Part shown: positions 49,401-63,750 of the stretch, one piece after another | Numbering within the stretch: the first letter of the stretch is position 1 | How the letters are laid out: each line of letters starts with the position of its first letter | Assembly (NCBI GenBank): GCA_034780895.1 | Contig: JAUZTB010000057.1 | Coordinates: 12,730,365-12,794,306 of the forward strand | DNA from: Rhynchobatus australiae | Taxonomy: Eukaryota | Direction: 5' to 3' | DNA length: 63,942 bases | Program-made: the position numbers and the translations under genes | The notes under the pieces: generated by a model | The model's input: only the letters and a program-made list of their open reading frames with translations | What the model was told of the DNA's origin: nothing | The model's database searches: none

Positions 49401-52400
49401 CTGGTATTTCTAGCCGAAATATTATTTTTGAAATGTAGTCATGATTCTAATACAGAAAATGTGACAGCAATTTACATTCAGTTATTTTCCAAAAACAGCA
49501 AAATGATAATCATCAGTTAGTAGTATTGATAGGGTTTTAATACAGGTTGGAATACCAGGGAATATCATCGTTGCTCAACTAAAACAAGCTGTGAAGCAAA
49601 ATAACCAGATCTAGGCCTGATCTTTTAAAAAAAGATCATTAAGGAAGTGAAATTGAAAATAGGCCATCTTTCAGGTAATACTTTTTGTCAACAAGAACTA
49701 TAGCCAAGAATAGTAAAAGCTATTTCTGATGGTAAGTTTATTGATTATTTTTTAATATCTTCATAGAGGAAAATGTTTAAGGCAGGAACTGACTCTCCAT
49801 TGTTTTCAGTGGGGTTGAATATAGGAAGAATTTGGGTGTGAACATGTTTTAATTGAAGAAAAAGTGACTCTGGAGGCATGAAGCAGATCTATTGAATTCT
49901 GGGATACATAATATAGATATAGAAATTGAGAACATTGGTTCCATGTTAATGAGCCCCAAGCAATATTGGAGAAATGGCTGCCCATAATCAGTGCCTGCTG
50001 TCACTGCACACCTGCACCTACCAGGGCTGGACTCTGCATGGTGCAGCTTGTTCTGCATGGTCTGGGCCAACATTTAGAGACATTTAAAAATTATTAACAT
50101 CGAGGTAAATAATTAGAAAAAGAAAAGTATTATTTAAAAAAACAGTTAATTAAAAGCACAACACACATAAATAATTACAACATGAAATAAAAACAAAATT
50201 ATTTTTGAAAGGTGCCTCATCTTCCCATTTGCTTCGTAAATCTGTACCCTACAAACCCCATTGTTGTCAGTGGAGATTTAGCTCCTATCCTTTAATGCTG
50301 CGGAATCCACCCAAGACAAGTCTGTGCTGTTGAACTCCATATAGATGCTAGCAGGGGAGTGTGGCGGCCAAATCTGTCACTAAGTCCTGGAATACTGCAT
50401 TCTACCATGCATTTGCACAGGTCTGGCACTGAATTTGGTTTGATTGACTGGGATTGCTGGTCACAGCCAGTATGATAGAGCCTAGTATATCTAAGTACTG
50501 GAAGTGCAGGGTAGTGTGCCACTGATAGCAGTTGATGCTGCAGCAGGGACTGAGGAATCATGTTTGTGATCAGCTTTGAATGGTATAGGGTTAAATATGC
50601 ACCAAGATTATCTAATTCCTTCATTGTTTTTTTTGCTGCAGGAAAAGAGAGAAATTTGCCTGTGGATGGCAGCAGTTAGGTTTGAGTAATGTGGTGCTTT
50701 GAGGTTTGAACAATATTTCTGCAGAACTTCACTCTGAAGAATAAATAGTTTGGTTCGAGGCCACAGGAGTGTGATTTGTACATGCTTGATGAAAGCAAAT
50801 GTTCAAATCCACTCAGTTGGTTCAACTGAGTTTGGGCTGTTTACCTAGAGGTAAAAGAAGAAAAATGTTCAGAAAATTCAGGATCTGAACAAAAAAGCCT
50901 GAAATTACTTCTCTTTCTGTTTATTTTTAAGTCTATTGGTGATAATCTAAATTTCACAAACAAGAAAAAGAGAAAGTTCACATTGTACAAAGTTCATCCA
51001 TAACTGCACAGTTGTTTCATCCTTTCACCAACATACTTTGCACTAATTGACAGTTGAAGTAGTGAAGATGGCATTGCTGTGAAGCAGTAAAGCTGAGTGT
51101 GATTCTAGGGAGAATCAAAGGCCTGTTTAGTTCTGTATCTGTGGTGAGTTCCATGCATGTGACTGGGGGAAGCAATGCTGGAGAGAGGGTGGGAGAACTA
51201 GCTGGAGATAAGAATCCAGTTACCTTCTCAATCTGACTAATGTTTTGGGAAATTGAAATAATCACTGGTATCAGTGATCAGCTTTTTGCATTTATGTGTA
51301 GTTGTTGGTAGTCCTGTATGTCACCAGTTTTGCTGTGGATAGATCCAAAGCCAAAATGTGGGGATAGTGGTGACTTTTGTAGCCACTGGTCCTCCGATAC
51401 AAGGCTACGGAGATCTACCAACATCTGACATGAGAACTTTAGCCTACAGAAGCATTGCTGTTCTCTGAGGTCAAGGAAGCTGAGCCATTGTAAAGCCTGT
51501 GACATGGGAATTTGTCCTTTTCATCTCTGCTTGGCTCATGTCAGTGCAGTCCAGGATAATGATGCTTTTCTCTTTGGATGTGCTAAGGAATACCACCCAT
51601 CCTGATTAGATCAATCTGAAATGCTTAAATAAATCTCTCTCCACACTAGATTGCCCTGCAAGCATTTATTTGAAGGAACTGAAACAGAAACTGTAATACA
51701 TGAGCTTTTAAACAGATGGGACAAAGATGACTTTAACTTCTCTCCTGAGATGTTGCCAAAACTTGCTTCCATTTCCTTGGTAAGTCCCCTGAGGCCCGTA
51801 AAGCTCAATTAAATTTGGAGCCAATCTGAAAACACCCTATTAACATCTCCTATTAGTGTGCATCCAATTATGAAATGTCTACTTTCTCGCCNNNNNNNNN
51901 NNNNNNNNNNNNNNNNNNNNNGAAGTGTGCACATTAGAGCCAGGTTGTCCTGCTCCTGCTTTATTAATCTATTGTTTTTATTCCTTGCCTGCTTTAGCCT
52001 GTGTTCTTGGGAGCTAGTATGTCTCCCAGACCTTAGAGCAGGGCATAGTCTCCCACTACCTAGATCTTGCACAATTGGAACTTTGTGGCTGAACCTGCCT
52101 GCCTTTTCACTTCATTCCCATCTTTACAACATTTTTTAAAATCCTCAAAAGCCTTCCATAACTTCTAAACTCAGGCTAGAAATCTGCTCCTTTAACAATG
52201 TTCTCTAAACGTGCATTTGAACCAAGCTTTCAAACATCTTCCTTTCTTCTTTATTCCTTTTGTTGCCTCCCTAATCTCTTTCCATGTAACATGATGTAGG
52301 ACCTTTTCTGTGTTGTAGGTATGGGTATGGTGTTGGGTGACCATGGAAACAATCTTGATAGAAATGCCCCACAATTAAATAGGTGATCCTCAATAATTTC

Positions 52401-55400
52401 TTATAAGGTTGTTCTTAAGAAACGGCCACAGAGAAGAGGGTACAGGGACACTTATAGAACTGTATATCAAAGTTAACACTTTAGTGACTAGGGGCAGGAT
52501 TACATGCACTATTAGGAAAAAAAAGCTGAATACTCTGTTTTAAAGCTTGTATGTTGTGTAAAAGGGAAATGGTGAGTCATTTGATATTCAGCAATAAAGA
52601 TTTAGCTGATAGAATTATTAAACAATGTATAGGAACTCCCTTGTCCACTAGATTTTATTAGTAGGTGTTCAAAATACTCTGCTATGTAAATTCACTGTGC
52701 TTTTTTTTAACCATTTGCTATCAGTAGTGGGCCACAATAAATCAAATTGTGGTATGTTACACAGATATAAAATAAGCTGAACAATGACAATATTAATTTG
52801 TTTTAACAGATTTGTTGATGGATAAAATTTAAATGAGCATTGCACAAAATCTCTGAATTATTTAGTAACTAAGATTAACATTGGGTGAAGCAACTTTATA
52901 CATAGATTTAAAAACATAAAGCAGATTGAGTATTTAGCTGTTACAGCTACATTCAATGGGTGTAGCCACATACTGACTATGTTGCTGATTTCCAATCCCA
53001 AATGGAAATTTTATAATATGTGGTGCGTTACCTATTTCCATTTAAGCCTACAGGAGATTTCCTGTTGTGTTTTTTGATGCAGTGATTCACAAATTGATTT
53101 AAGATCAGTGCTTATGGAAAGAAAGGTTTAAATACATTGGGTCTCTTGAAGCTGTTTGAAATTGTGAAATATTCTTTGAAATCTGTTATACACTTTTTTT
53201 TCTTTCATTCTAATATTTATTTCATTGGCAGGCCTCCATGCCATCATTACATACAACTAGGCAGCGAGTACAGGAGTAAATGTCCTGGCTTGTTCTTGTT
53301 CCTCCTTACTTGGCATATATTTGCCTCTCTGGGGTAGTGTCCTTGTGAGCAATGTAGAGACTTGTGTGATATTCATGCATTCTGTCAGTCAGGTGAAGTA
53401 GTGAAGTCACCAGCCTGCTACAGGATCCCTATTTCAGTAAAGGGCTTGAATTTTTATAGCACCTTGTGAGACCTTGGGACATTCCAAAGTGCTTTACAGC
53501 TAATGATCTACTTTTGTACTGCAGCCAATTAATACACACATCACACAAACAGCAACAAGATTTATTGGCACATTATCTGTTTTTAATGATGTTGGTCGAG
53601 AGAAATATTTTTAAGGGCACCGAGGGAGTTTCATTGAATAGAAGTTTGTGGTTTTTTAAATCCATCTGAGTTTGCATCTAGGGTATAACATCTTATATAA
53701 AGGATGACCTCGAATGTTGCAGCACAGCCTCAAAACTACACTGAAATGTCAGATTGAATTATGCACTCAGGCCTTTGGAACAAAATACATTCAACTTTGA
53801 ATCAAAATGGGCAAATAAATGGATTCTTAACCTGCTTGACTATAATAGTGCAGGAACATTTTCAAAGTAGTCAAACACTGAGGTTCAGCTTAGCAATTCC
53901 CTCTCCAAATGGAATTAATAATATATCAAGTAGATCTTTCCAAAGGGCTCCAGGTAGTTACCATTTGAATGTGATTTACAGTAAGCCTAACTCTTGGAAG
54001 GGAACTCGTTGAAGGTTTGTTTTATATAAAATGAGACCTAGAATTTGTGTGGTGTGTTGTCTGAAGAATTATCTATTTGCAGTAAGATAAGTACTTTTTG
54101 ATTTTTTTTTGGAATGAGGTAGTCAGCTGGGGCAAAATACAGAAAGGGAAAACAGAGCCTTAAAAAAAAATATCCAGGCAAGCTTATCCATCCCATCTGA
54201 GTTGGAAACAGTTTTATAGATGCTTCTAACGAGACTCTTGCATCTGTTGTCATGCCACATCTGCCTGCAAAAAGGGACAGGCTGCAGGTGGGTGGGTGGA
54301 TTATGCAGCCAAATAGATTTCTCCTTAAGCTCGTGTATTATTTCCAGTTAGCTGCCATGAGAGTGGTTGGCAGCTTCAGCTGGAATTATAACACTGATCT
54401 TGGACCGTAGCTGTTTTAAGCTTAAAGACATTGCACTCAGTAAAAAAAAATTTTTAGAAGTCCTGTTTTGGTTGTGTTTGGTTGCGACAAGTACTTGAAA
54501 CAGTTGTGAGACCAGCTTTTTACTGTAATTCAGCTACTAAATATTGACTGGATTTATTTGGACCTTTTATTTGAATACAAAGTCATCAAAAGTAGATCAG
54601 CTTCTCCTTCATTAAAATGAATAATGTGGTAGATAATGTACACTTCAGATGTAGAAGTCTAGAATATTAAAATGAAGCTTCTGTAGCTAAAGTAACTGAA
54701 TCACGAGAGTAAAGATTCTGGCAAAAAAGTGAAAATCTGTTCACTGGATTTGTATTTTCATTATAATTACTTGTGAAAATTAATGCATTGAGTGCGCTAA
54801 CATTTGTAAAACATGAATCATAGTAATAGCTAAAGCTGTTAATGAGTCTTTTAATCATCTATTTAAGAATGATTTTTAATTAAAATTGTCATTTATTCAA
54901 AATGGCATTTTTTTATAATCTGTTGTATATGCAACAGATGTTAAAAATTCTACATCTTGTCCAGACAATTAGTTGGGTTGTTAACACATTGGTGGTGTGC
55001 TACACAACCACTTAACTGCCATGCTGAATTTCATAACTTTTGAACAGCTAAGCAATATTAATTTCATTGTGTAAAGTAAGTAGAACTAAATTGACCAAAA
55101 ATAATTATTATAGTTTAGTTTGTAATTTATTTCAAAATTATGAATTGCAAAATTAAATCTTGCTACCTCCTCTCCCCCCCATTCAACACAGAATTGGTTG
55201 AGAAAATTGTTATAAGGATTTCGTGATAGACACAACAGTTCAAATCAGCACAGAACCTTCACTTTTTTCATTTTCAAAAGCAGATGACATTGTGTTGAAG
55301 TGTTGGCAGTAAGTGCAACTTATGGATGTGGCTCTCTTTTGGTTTCTGTCTTTGTTCGGTGATAGTATTAGAAGCTCCACTCCACAACATGATCACATTA

Positions 55401-55761
55401 TTTCCAACGTGGCATGAAGTGAGTGCTGAACAGTTCTTTTTAAGATGAAACATTAAAATGAAGTTCTGTCTGCTCTCTCCATAAGTCTGTAATAGAACCC
55501 TTGCCACTATTTGGGGGGAAAAAAAAGGTAGAAGTGTTCTTCCAGCGTGTTGTCTGACACTTGCATCCAAAACAATATCTTTAGAACTGNNNNNAGAACT
55601 GATTATCTCATCTCAGGTTGCTGTATTCTGATAATCATAATGGTCATAACACCTCAAGATTAGAAAATACTTCATACTTTTTCAAATGTTGCTGATGATG
55701 GATGGCAAGATGAGTTCCATGATTTTATTTTTGTACCTTCTCTCTTGCTTAATGCCTTTAG

Positions 55762-55918
55762 GAGGAAAGAACGGTTCTCGACCGAAATTTGTTGCAGCTT
55801 CGAGGTCCTGAACGGCGAATAGTATGGAAAGTGCGTTTTAACCTCGGTAATAGCAGTAGACAGAATGCACAGTGTCGAAACTCCATCCAGGGTAAACTGC
55901 TAATTACAGATGAACAAG
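55762..55918 (+). CDS. SPRING1: SPRING1 exon 2: [52 protein letters not shown](G)
   Basis: 157 nt, phase 0/1; ctttag acceptor, gtgag donor; RNLL motif and NSS sequon. Confidence 0.95.
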
Positions 55919-56154
55919 GTGAGGAAATGTACCATGACCTATTTTCTTCCACTGAGCACATCCACCTACTCATTTTCTTAAATACAACAGGCTGTTCATT
56001 AATTGTCATGTGATGTTTTTAAAAAAGGTTGATAATCTAATAATGTACATTCTGTAACATTTTGACATTGTTTCTTATATAGAACAAGTCATACAAATCC
56101 TAAAATAATTTAAGAGATTTATCATTGTTTTCCTTTTATTCCATTTTATTGCAG

Positions 56155-56306
56155 GCTATGTGTGTGAGAGGAAGAACTTGCTTGTCAATGGCTGCTGCAG
56201 CATAAATGCACCAAGCACAAAACTGTATGCATGTGACACCTGCCTGCCTAATGACTGCTGCAGTGTGTATGAGTACTGTGTTTCTTGTTGCCTACAGCCA
56301 AATAAG
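56155..56306 (+). CDS. SPRING1: SPRING1 exon 3 (Cys-rich): (G)[50 protein letters not shown]
   Basis: 152 nt, phase 1/0; ttgcag acceptor, gtgaga donor. Confidence 0.96.
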
Positions 56307-56487
56307 GTGAGAAAATATTTTCTTCTTTCATGGTGTAAATATCTGGCAGATTATAAGTAGTAAATGTTGAAGTGAATGACTAAATTCTAACTGTTAATAC
56401 AATTATGAGTAAACAGTTGAATGTTTCAGCATTTAAAATCAGTTATGCTTTCATGGTGATACATAGAAGGGTTGCAGAAGTCTTGTT

Positions 56488-56920
56488 TCATAGACTTATA
56501 CAACATGGAAACAGGCCCTTCAGCCCAACTCACTCATGCAGACCAAGGTGCCTCCCTGAGCAAGTCCCATTTGGCCCACATCCCTCAGAGCCTTTCCTAT
56601 CCCTGCACCTGTCCAACTGTCTTTTAAACATTAATTGTCCCCATGTCTACCACTTCCTCTGGTAGCTCATTTCATATACCTATCCTCTGTGTGAAAAACT
56701 TTTCCCTTGGGTCCCCTTTAAATCTTTCCCCTCTCGGAACTTGTGCCCTCAATTTTTAGACTTCCCTACCCTGACGGAGAAAGACTTTGACCATCCACCT
56801 TATCTATGCCTATAAGGTCACCCCTCAGCCTCCTTTGCTCCAGGAAAACAGTTTCAACCTATCCAGTTTTTCCTCATAACTCAAGCCGTCCAGTCCCAGC
56901 AACATCCTTGTGAATTTCTC
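56488..56920 (-). mobile_element. CR1 LINE 3' end in SPRING1 intron 3
   Basis: Near reverse complement of 45349-45800. Confidence 0.85.
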
Positions 56921-57438
56921 AAAGGCTGACAAGCCATCCAGGGGTTGGGGGACTCTACACTACACTGGAACCCTCCCAAATATGGGGTCTCTGCTCTTTA
57001 GACGCAGGTAAATACAAACAGGCAGGGAAGCAGGCAGTGAGTCCGTGCAATGGGCCACTTTCCACTTGATTTGTCCCAATTACACTAGCTAAATAGTCTA
57101 CTGTAAAATTATTTACTGTATGTCAAGTTGAAAAATACTTGCAGGATATTCAGTTTGATCATAGTATATAGTTAAAAATAGTTTGACAATAGAAAGTAGA
57201 AATATTTCAACCATCTAAGTAGTTCCTCCATTAAGGGAATAATATTGCTTTGCTGTGAATTGACCTGAAAAACTCTTTCCTTCACTACTATTTTGATGAG
57301 ATAATCATTGAAAAGTTAGTGTCACATGCAAAATTTCTTCATGAATTAACCTTACAAATATAAAACTGCCTTATTTCAAGACAATATTTGAAATATTTTA
57401 TTGCTAACTGCACTTATAATTTGTGTTCTCATTTTCAG

Positions 57439-57552
57439 CAACCTCTATTAGAACGTTTCCTGAACAGGGCTGCAGAAGCCTTCCAGAATCTGTTTACAGC
57501 AATCGAGGACCACTTTGAACTCTGCCTGGCAAAGTGCAGAACATCTTCTCAG
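57439..57552 (+). CDS. SPRING1: SPRING1 exon 4: [38 protein letters not shown]
   Basis: 114 nt, phase 0/0; ttttcag acceptor, gtttgt donor. Confidence 0.96.
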
Positions 57553-58984
57553 GTTTGTAATGAATTAATTTCTGATGACTGAGTTAATCGAAAAATATAT
57601 AATAGAAATTAATGTCATGCATTATTAAGTTCAATTTACCTTTTTTTGAGCAAAATTTTTATTTGGAATATCATCCTACAGTTACAAAAATTCCATTTTG
57701 CCATTTCAGATGATTGGAAAAGCTATTTACATTTTGACAACTGGCTAACTTTCAAAAGGACTGCATTTAGTTTCAAATTATAACCTTGTCAAAATACACT
57801 GAATAATTTCTAATTTTCATATAGTCAGATATATAAAAAAAAATTTGTATCCTGAAATTGTACCTTGGACATCACATCAATATAGTGTGGTGGTTCTGAT
57901 AAAACCTGACAGAATTTCCCCACTGTCACAATCCCTGGGAAGACACATAATCGAGGTAGAAAATTCTAAAGAATTTCGGACTCCAAGTGAAAATATTTCT
58001 TCATGCCTCTGTATTTAAGTATTAGGGCTAGATATTACCCAGCTCACTGAATTTCAAGTTGATTAATTGTGAAGAAACCCATGACAGTATTATCATTCAG
58101 GGACCTTTTACAGAAAATATTGAGAAACCATCAGAGAGCTCTTGAACTACCAATCACTAGGCCCCCTTCAGCTCTGCTAAGGAAGACAAAATAAGAACCT
58201 ATGTGAGAGCAAGTGGGGCTGAGAGAGGTTGAGAGAAGGGAAACTGAAGATGGAGATTGGGGGGGGGGCGGACAGGGACTGATGGAAGTCGTTAGGGGAG
58301 GAGAAAACATGGAGAAATGAGGTGAGGAAGGGGGAATCAGTCTAGACTATTTGCAAGAATGAGTGCATGTCTGTGTCAAAACAAGTGTGCATGGTTAATA
58401 TGCATCAAAGGGTGTGTATCTGTGTATGTGCATCTAATAAACCCATGCAGCAGAGCCTTATCTTCAATCATCTTGCCAACTTACAAAGAAGTTGTTCTAC
58501 CAAGTCTCTCTGGTAGCTGGTGTACCATGACCTTATTAAAGAAGTCACACACAAACATCTCAATGCTTCTCAAAATGTTGGAGTGCAAGTAGGTCATCCT
58601 TAAACCCAAGCGACTACTTGGGATGTCATTTGGTAATGCACGATTTCCAAAAGTATCAGTTCAGAAGCTGACTAATTCATTGGCTGAATGTCAGTAAGAA
58701 CTATGAGAATATAAATTTTCATTTGATTTATTTTACTTTCCAAGCTGGTTCTTACAACCTGCTTGTAGCTTAACTAATTGGAGGTATGTGCTGCAACATG
58801 ACTATTGTTTGATGACAATACCTTCAAGCTTGCCCTTTTCAGAATAAGTACTTGTACATTTTCTCCCCTTTGTAGANNNNNNNNNNNNNNNNNNNNNNNN
58901 NNNNNNNNNNNNNNNNNNNNNNNNNNNNNNNNNNNNNNNNNNNNNNNNNNNNNNNNNNNNNNNNNNNNNNNNNNNNCTTTGTAG

Positions 58985-59068
58985 AGCGTTCAACATGAAA
59001 ATAACTACAGAGATCCGACTGCAAAATATTGTTATGGAGAAGATCTGCCAGAGTTACTTCCACTGTAA
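58985..59068 (+). CDS. SPRING1: SPRING1 exon 5 (last): SVQHENNYRDPTAKYCYGEDLPELLPL*
   Basis: 84 nt; tttgtag acceptor; the five exons total 618 nt = 205 aa + stop, the length I recall for human. Confidence 0.94.
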   Translation, partial: SVQHENNYRDPTAKYCYGEDLPELLPL

Positions 59069-60336
59069 ACTACATTGTTAAAATGGGAGTGAAAACAAAA
59101 GCATATTTTGTTTGGGCAAACTTTCGCTGTGGAAGGAATACAGATTTTCTTAAAATAAGAAACTACAATAACTCTCTTTTCTATATCAGTATTTATTATT
59201 TATTTTGTGTTAGCTTTTGAACTGCCTTGATTGCAGCAATCAAGACAACCAAATGCCAAACAGTATCCATCCAAATCTGTAATTAGTGTTGTGCTGAATA
59301 TTGCAGCCTGAGCAGACTACTGCCAGCAAATAAAGAATCATCTGCTACACTAATTACAGTTTATTTGCATATTTGGAGATTAATCTGTGCAAGATATGTA
59401 AATATATGCATATGTTTATCAAGATTAAGATGTACACAACACTTGATTTATGAGCATTTCAGGCTTCTTGCTTGATTGTCACTTTTTCAAGTCTTGCCAA
59501 TTCATGAAGGACACTAGTATTTTGGAGATGAGTGAGCTATGATATTTGATTCAGCAAAGTTGAATTGTTTTGTTGAAGTATGGAATGCAAACTTTGAAGA
59601 GTGCTTGGATGGCTAATATTAGGTAATCTACAATTAATATAATAAATATTGTGCTATTGTGCAATATTGTATATTGAGAACCATCAATAAATACATGGGG
59701 TTAGAAATTTGTGTTCAGTAGTACTGTTAAGCTTGTAGCAATGAATACGCATTGAATTCAGTCTATGATATTCAGTTTCTTTGAGGTTGATATAACAGAA
59801 TTTTAGAAGCCAAGTTCTTTGTGCATTACTACATTGATTAGTGCACGCAACAGGAGGTAAATTTTATCCTGTGGTATCTTACTTGATTTACACAAGCTAA
59901 AGATCATTTGTAATCTCTGGATGTTCTTGATAATGTCAGCACTCCCAAGGTGAGAACCCATTAATCAATGAAAGATAAAATAAAAGTCTAGAGGGACATT
60001 TTCTACAATATAGATAAAATAAAAAAATAGGAAAAAAAGCATGTTTGAGTTTCCTGACAAGCTGTTGAATAAGGCAGTTGAACTGAGAAAAAGGAAGCAA
60101 AAAACAGTTGTGGAACTGTAGATAAAACGAGCCCATTTGTTGTAATAATGTCAATTTTAAAAATTACTCATTCATTGAGGTTGAAAGGTATTTGCCATGC
60201 ATTATCTTTTTCTATTTGAGTCTCTGGGCAGATGTAAAGGATTAGTAAATGAAAAATGTTAAAATGAGACAATTGTTCTGTATGTTTTTTTGTATTAAAG
60301 ATGTTGTGATGTAGTGAATATCTTCCTGAGGGCTAG

Positions 60337-60342
60337 AATAAA
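60337..60342 (+). terminator. Candidate SPRING1 polyadenylation signal (others at 59329, 59641, 59686)
   Basis: AATAAA followed by a GT/T-rich tract. Confidence 0.35.
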
Positions 60343-63300
60343 TAATGTGCTTTCATTTTTTTTGTTCCTTATTTGAAGTTTCTATATACTTAATATAATC
60401 TAATTTAATTTGTGTATGGGATTAAATGGAAATGTAACTACAAAATGTATATTTTTGATGTCAATGGAATAATGTGAAATTAAATGACAATTGTAGGAGT
60501 TGACATCTGTACCTTACAACCAGACTCATTATTTTGTGACAGTGTTTTGTCTTGGTCTCCCATTTACCGCAGGTATCCGCTGCCTACTTCATCCCTACTC
60601 CACGAGAGGACTTCAGTTTCCGTGCTGAATTAGCCTCATTTGCAATGTTTAAAAGTGCACAGCCATTGGAGGTACTGGTTTGAGACTGGTATCTGCAGTT
60701 CAAATTTCACCCAGACAGAATAATCTTTGTATTGCACCGCTGACATCCTTGATTAGATTGCTAACTATGCTGAATAGGAGAAAATTCCCGTATTGGGCAT
60801 TCTTCCAACAATGAATAAAACTCTGCTCTTTAAACATTTAAATTGAGGTCAGCTGTATTAAAAAGAAGGTTCAGCAGTCATAACCAAACAATTTATGAAT
60901 GAGGTGTGACACTTCAGTAGACTTACAAGTAGAACACTTGTCACAGCAATGGCAGATCACTGCTTCCATTGTGTCTTATGTTGCTTTGCATTGGGACAGA
61001 ATCAACACAGTGAAAATGACCAAACTAGTGTGAAATCTGCAATGTAAATGCATCCTCCATGGCACAGTCTTCCGGTATGTATTTCATCTTCCCAGGCTTT
61101 ACTCAATGGAAGTCATTTTCCTCCAGTGTTTGTATTATTTAGTCAAAAATGTATGCAAATAACTTTTTAAAATTGTGTTATGAGTGAAATCTGTTCCTTT
61201 AAGTAATTTTATTATGCGGAAATATTTTGAAAGTGCAGGCTACTTTTGCTTGTTTCTTGCACCAAAAATGCATTATCCAACAATTTGAATTAACAAAGTT
61301 GGAAATTAAGCACAATTGAATGATCAGTTTATCTGAATTAAGCGGCATAAGTAATACAATAGAAAGATACTGTCTGTCAATGGATATTTGGGCACTCTGG
61401 TGTCAGGAAATGGTGATCAGGTGGGAAAGTGGGTAAAGCACAGGATCAGCATAATCATATTGAATGGGGGAACCAGACTCAAAAGGGTTGTATGATCTTT
61501 GGGTGTCAATTGAGAAATGTAATTTCATAGGAATAAGAGAGGGAAAAAAAATGACTGCCAAATTGTTTTAAGCTTTTGGAATTTATACCATTTGGCTTAG
61601 TAGGATTTTGGCTTAATTTGTATATTTCTAGGAGGTTACATTTAAACTTATGAAGGGTTTATATATGCAAGTTATTTAAAGAGTTTAGGTTAGCTGCTGA
61701 AATGCTGACTGAGCCAGCCATTTTAACATCATAAACAGCTTACTTCTGAATAATACATCAACCTTGAGACAATGGGAAATCAGTGAGTGCATCACAGTAA
61801 TTTGCATGCTGATGCTGACATTGGGTTTTCATCACACCTGGCAGAGGGCTTTGTGTGATATTGTTGCCTTGATATTCTGTTCTTTCATTTATTTACTATA
61901 GACCTATAAAATTTATAATTTTTGCATCTCCCTAACAGTGACTGGATTAAGCCCAGTTATGGAGAAATCCAAAGTGAAATTAGAGGCAGTTCAATAGAAT
62001 TTCAGAGTCATAAACATACTTTGGCAGCCTTTATTGCATCAGTTGGACTCCATCTGCAATATTTATCTGTATATCCTTTGACTGGAACTAAAGAGCAATT
62101 TACTTAGTTTAGAAAATGTGACTATTTGCAATTGGCCATTTTTTCTCACTTGGAACATGAGTGTCTTCAATTGAAAGTGTAGTGGGTTCCTTGTGCACAC
62201 ATTTGAACATCTGAATCAACTTTCAGGCAGCCGCTTTCATGGCTCCACAGCTGTCCTGCATGAAACAGGCAGGAGTCCATTTAGCTGGGGAAACCAGTTG
62301 TAAAGCTGATTAGAATGTGCAGAGGGAGCTGCTTTGAATGTCAGCAAAGGTGTGTGAATAGCTGGGTTGAAAACTAATTGCTGGTCTATTACCACTAATT
62401 TTATAACTGCAGAATTTGAAAGCTACCTCCAAGGGGATATATATAAAGGATACACATTGGAACCTGGTGCCACTTTCTGTAGTTGTTGAGAGATCTAATT
62501 GGCAGTCCTTAAATGGAAAGCAACANNNNNNNNNNACTGCTTCCAAAATGTGTTTTCTGAGGAGTAAGAATGCTTTTTCCAAGCTTCTCAAATCTCCTGA
62601 CACATTAGTGGCCTGTTCTCACCAGCTGCAGACCCACTTCTCTCCCTTGCCACCTGGCAGCACAACCCACTCCAAAAGGCTTTGCCTGCCGGCTGACTCC
62701 ATACAATAATTTCTGGATGGCTGGGCAAGGTGTGGCTGGTTACCCATTTGATATCTGCAGCACACTGCAGGTCCAAAACAGAAAGCAAATGATGCATTGA
62801 ATCAGAGGACAATGTCACACCTGTTGCACCCATCCTATGTTTTGCCTTTAATAGGTTTCTGCATTTTATTTTCTCATTCACCAGAATTTTTTGCAGCTAA
62901 TCTCCATTTTCTGCAGGCCCACTAACTGCATGTCTTTCTTCCCACTGACATCTAAACGATTCTACTGGAATTTCAAATATGTAATGTCAAATATGGAATT
63001 TTTAGAGTTCACGAGATGTGCTTTTGAATATAGGGCATTGGTCTTTCTTGGCTTACAACTTCACATTCTCCGTGATCTGGAAAATAGGTGATCTGAATAT
63101 CTATGTTCTGAGAACTGTGATACGTGCCTGAGATCTCCCATACACCACCTTCGATGCTTTCACTTGCTTTTTTTGTGGTGATGGTCAGTTTTGCATTTTC
63201 AACTCTCTGATCTCACTGTCATTTGGAATAAAGTGCAAAATAATCAGATATTCCACCCTCTTCCCTTTTTCTTGGAGCATCTGTAACTAGCACTCCAGCT

Positions 63301-63596
63301 CAGTGAATCTGAGCCTAAGCAAGTCAAGGCAGAGATACTTGGTGCAAATGCTGTCATCTGGGACAATCACTCTGTCCATAAATTCCCACTTGCTGCAGTC
63401 CTGCTGCACTGACTGCATTTTTAAAAGAATTGCATTTATTGATTTATGGTTTATCATCTTTTGTGCTCGTTGAATCACCTTTTAATACTAAATTANNNNN
63501 NNNNNNNNNNNNNNNNNNNNNNNNNNNNNNNNNNNNNNNNNNNNNNNNNNNNNNNNNNNNNNNNNNNNNNNNNNNNNNNNNNNNNNNNNNNNNNNA

Positions 63597-63750
63597 CACC
63601 TTTAGAATGTGGGAGGAAACTGGTGCACCCGGAGGAAACCCACGCAGACACAGGGAGAACATACAAATTCCTTACAGACAGCAGCCGGAATTAAACCTGG
63701 GTCACTGGCGCTATAAAAGCATAACGCTAACCGCTATACTACGGTGCCAA
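63597..63750 (-). mobile_element. tRNA-derived SINE, 5' part
   Basis: Reverse complement gives ggcaccgtagtatagcggttagc (A-box) ... gacccaggtttaattcc (B-box) and the same core as 34800-34960. Confidence 0.82.
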
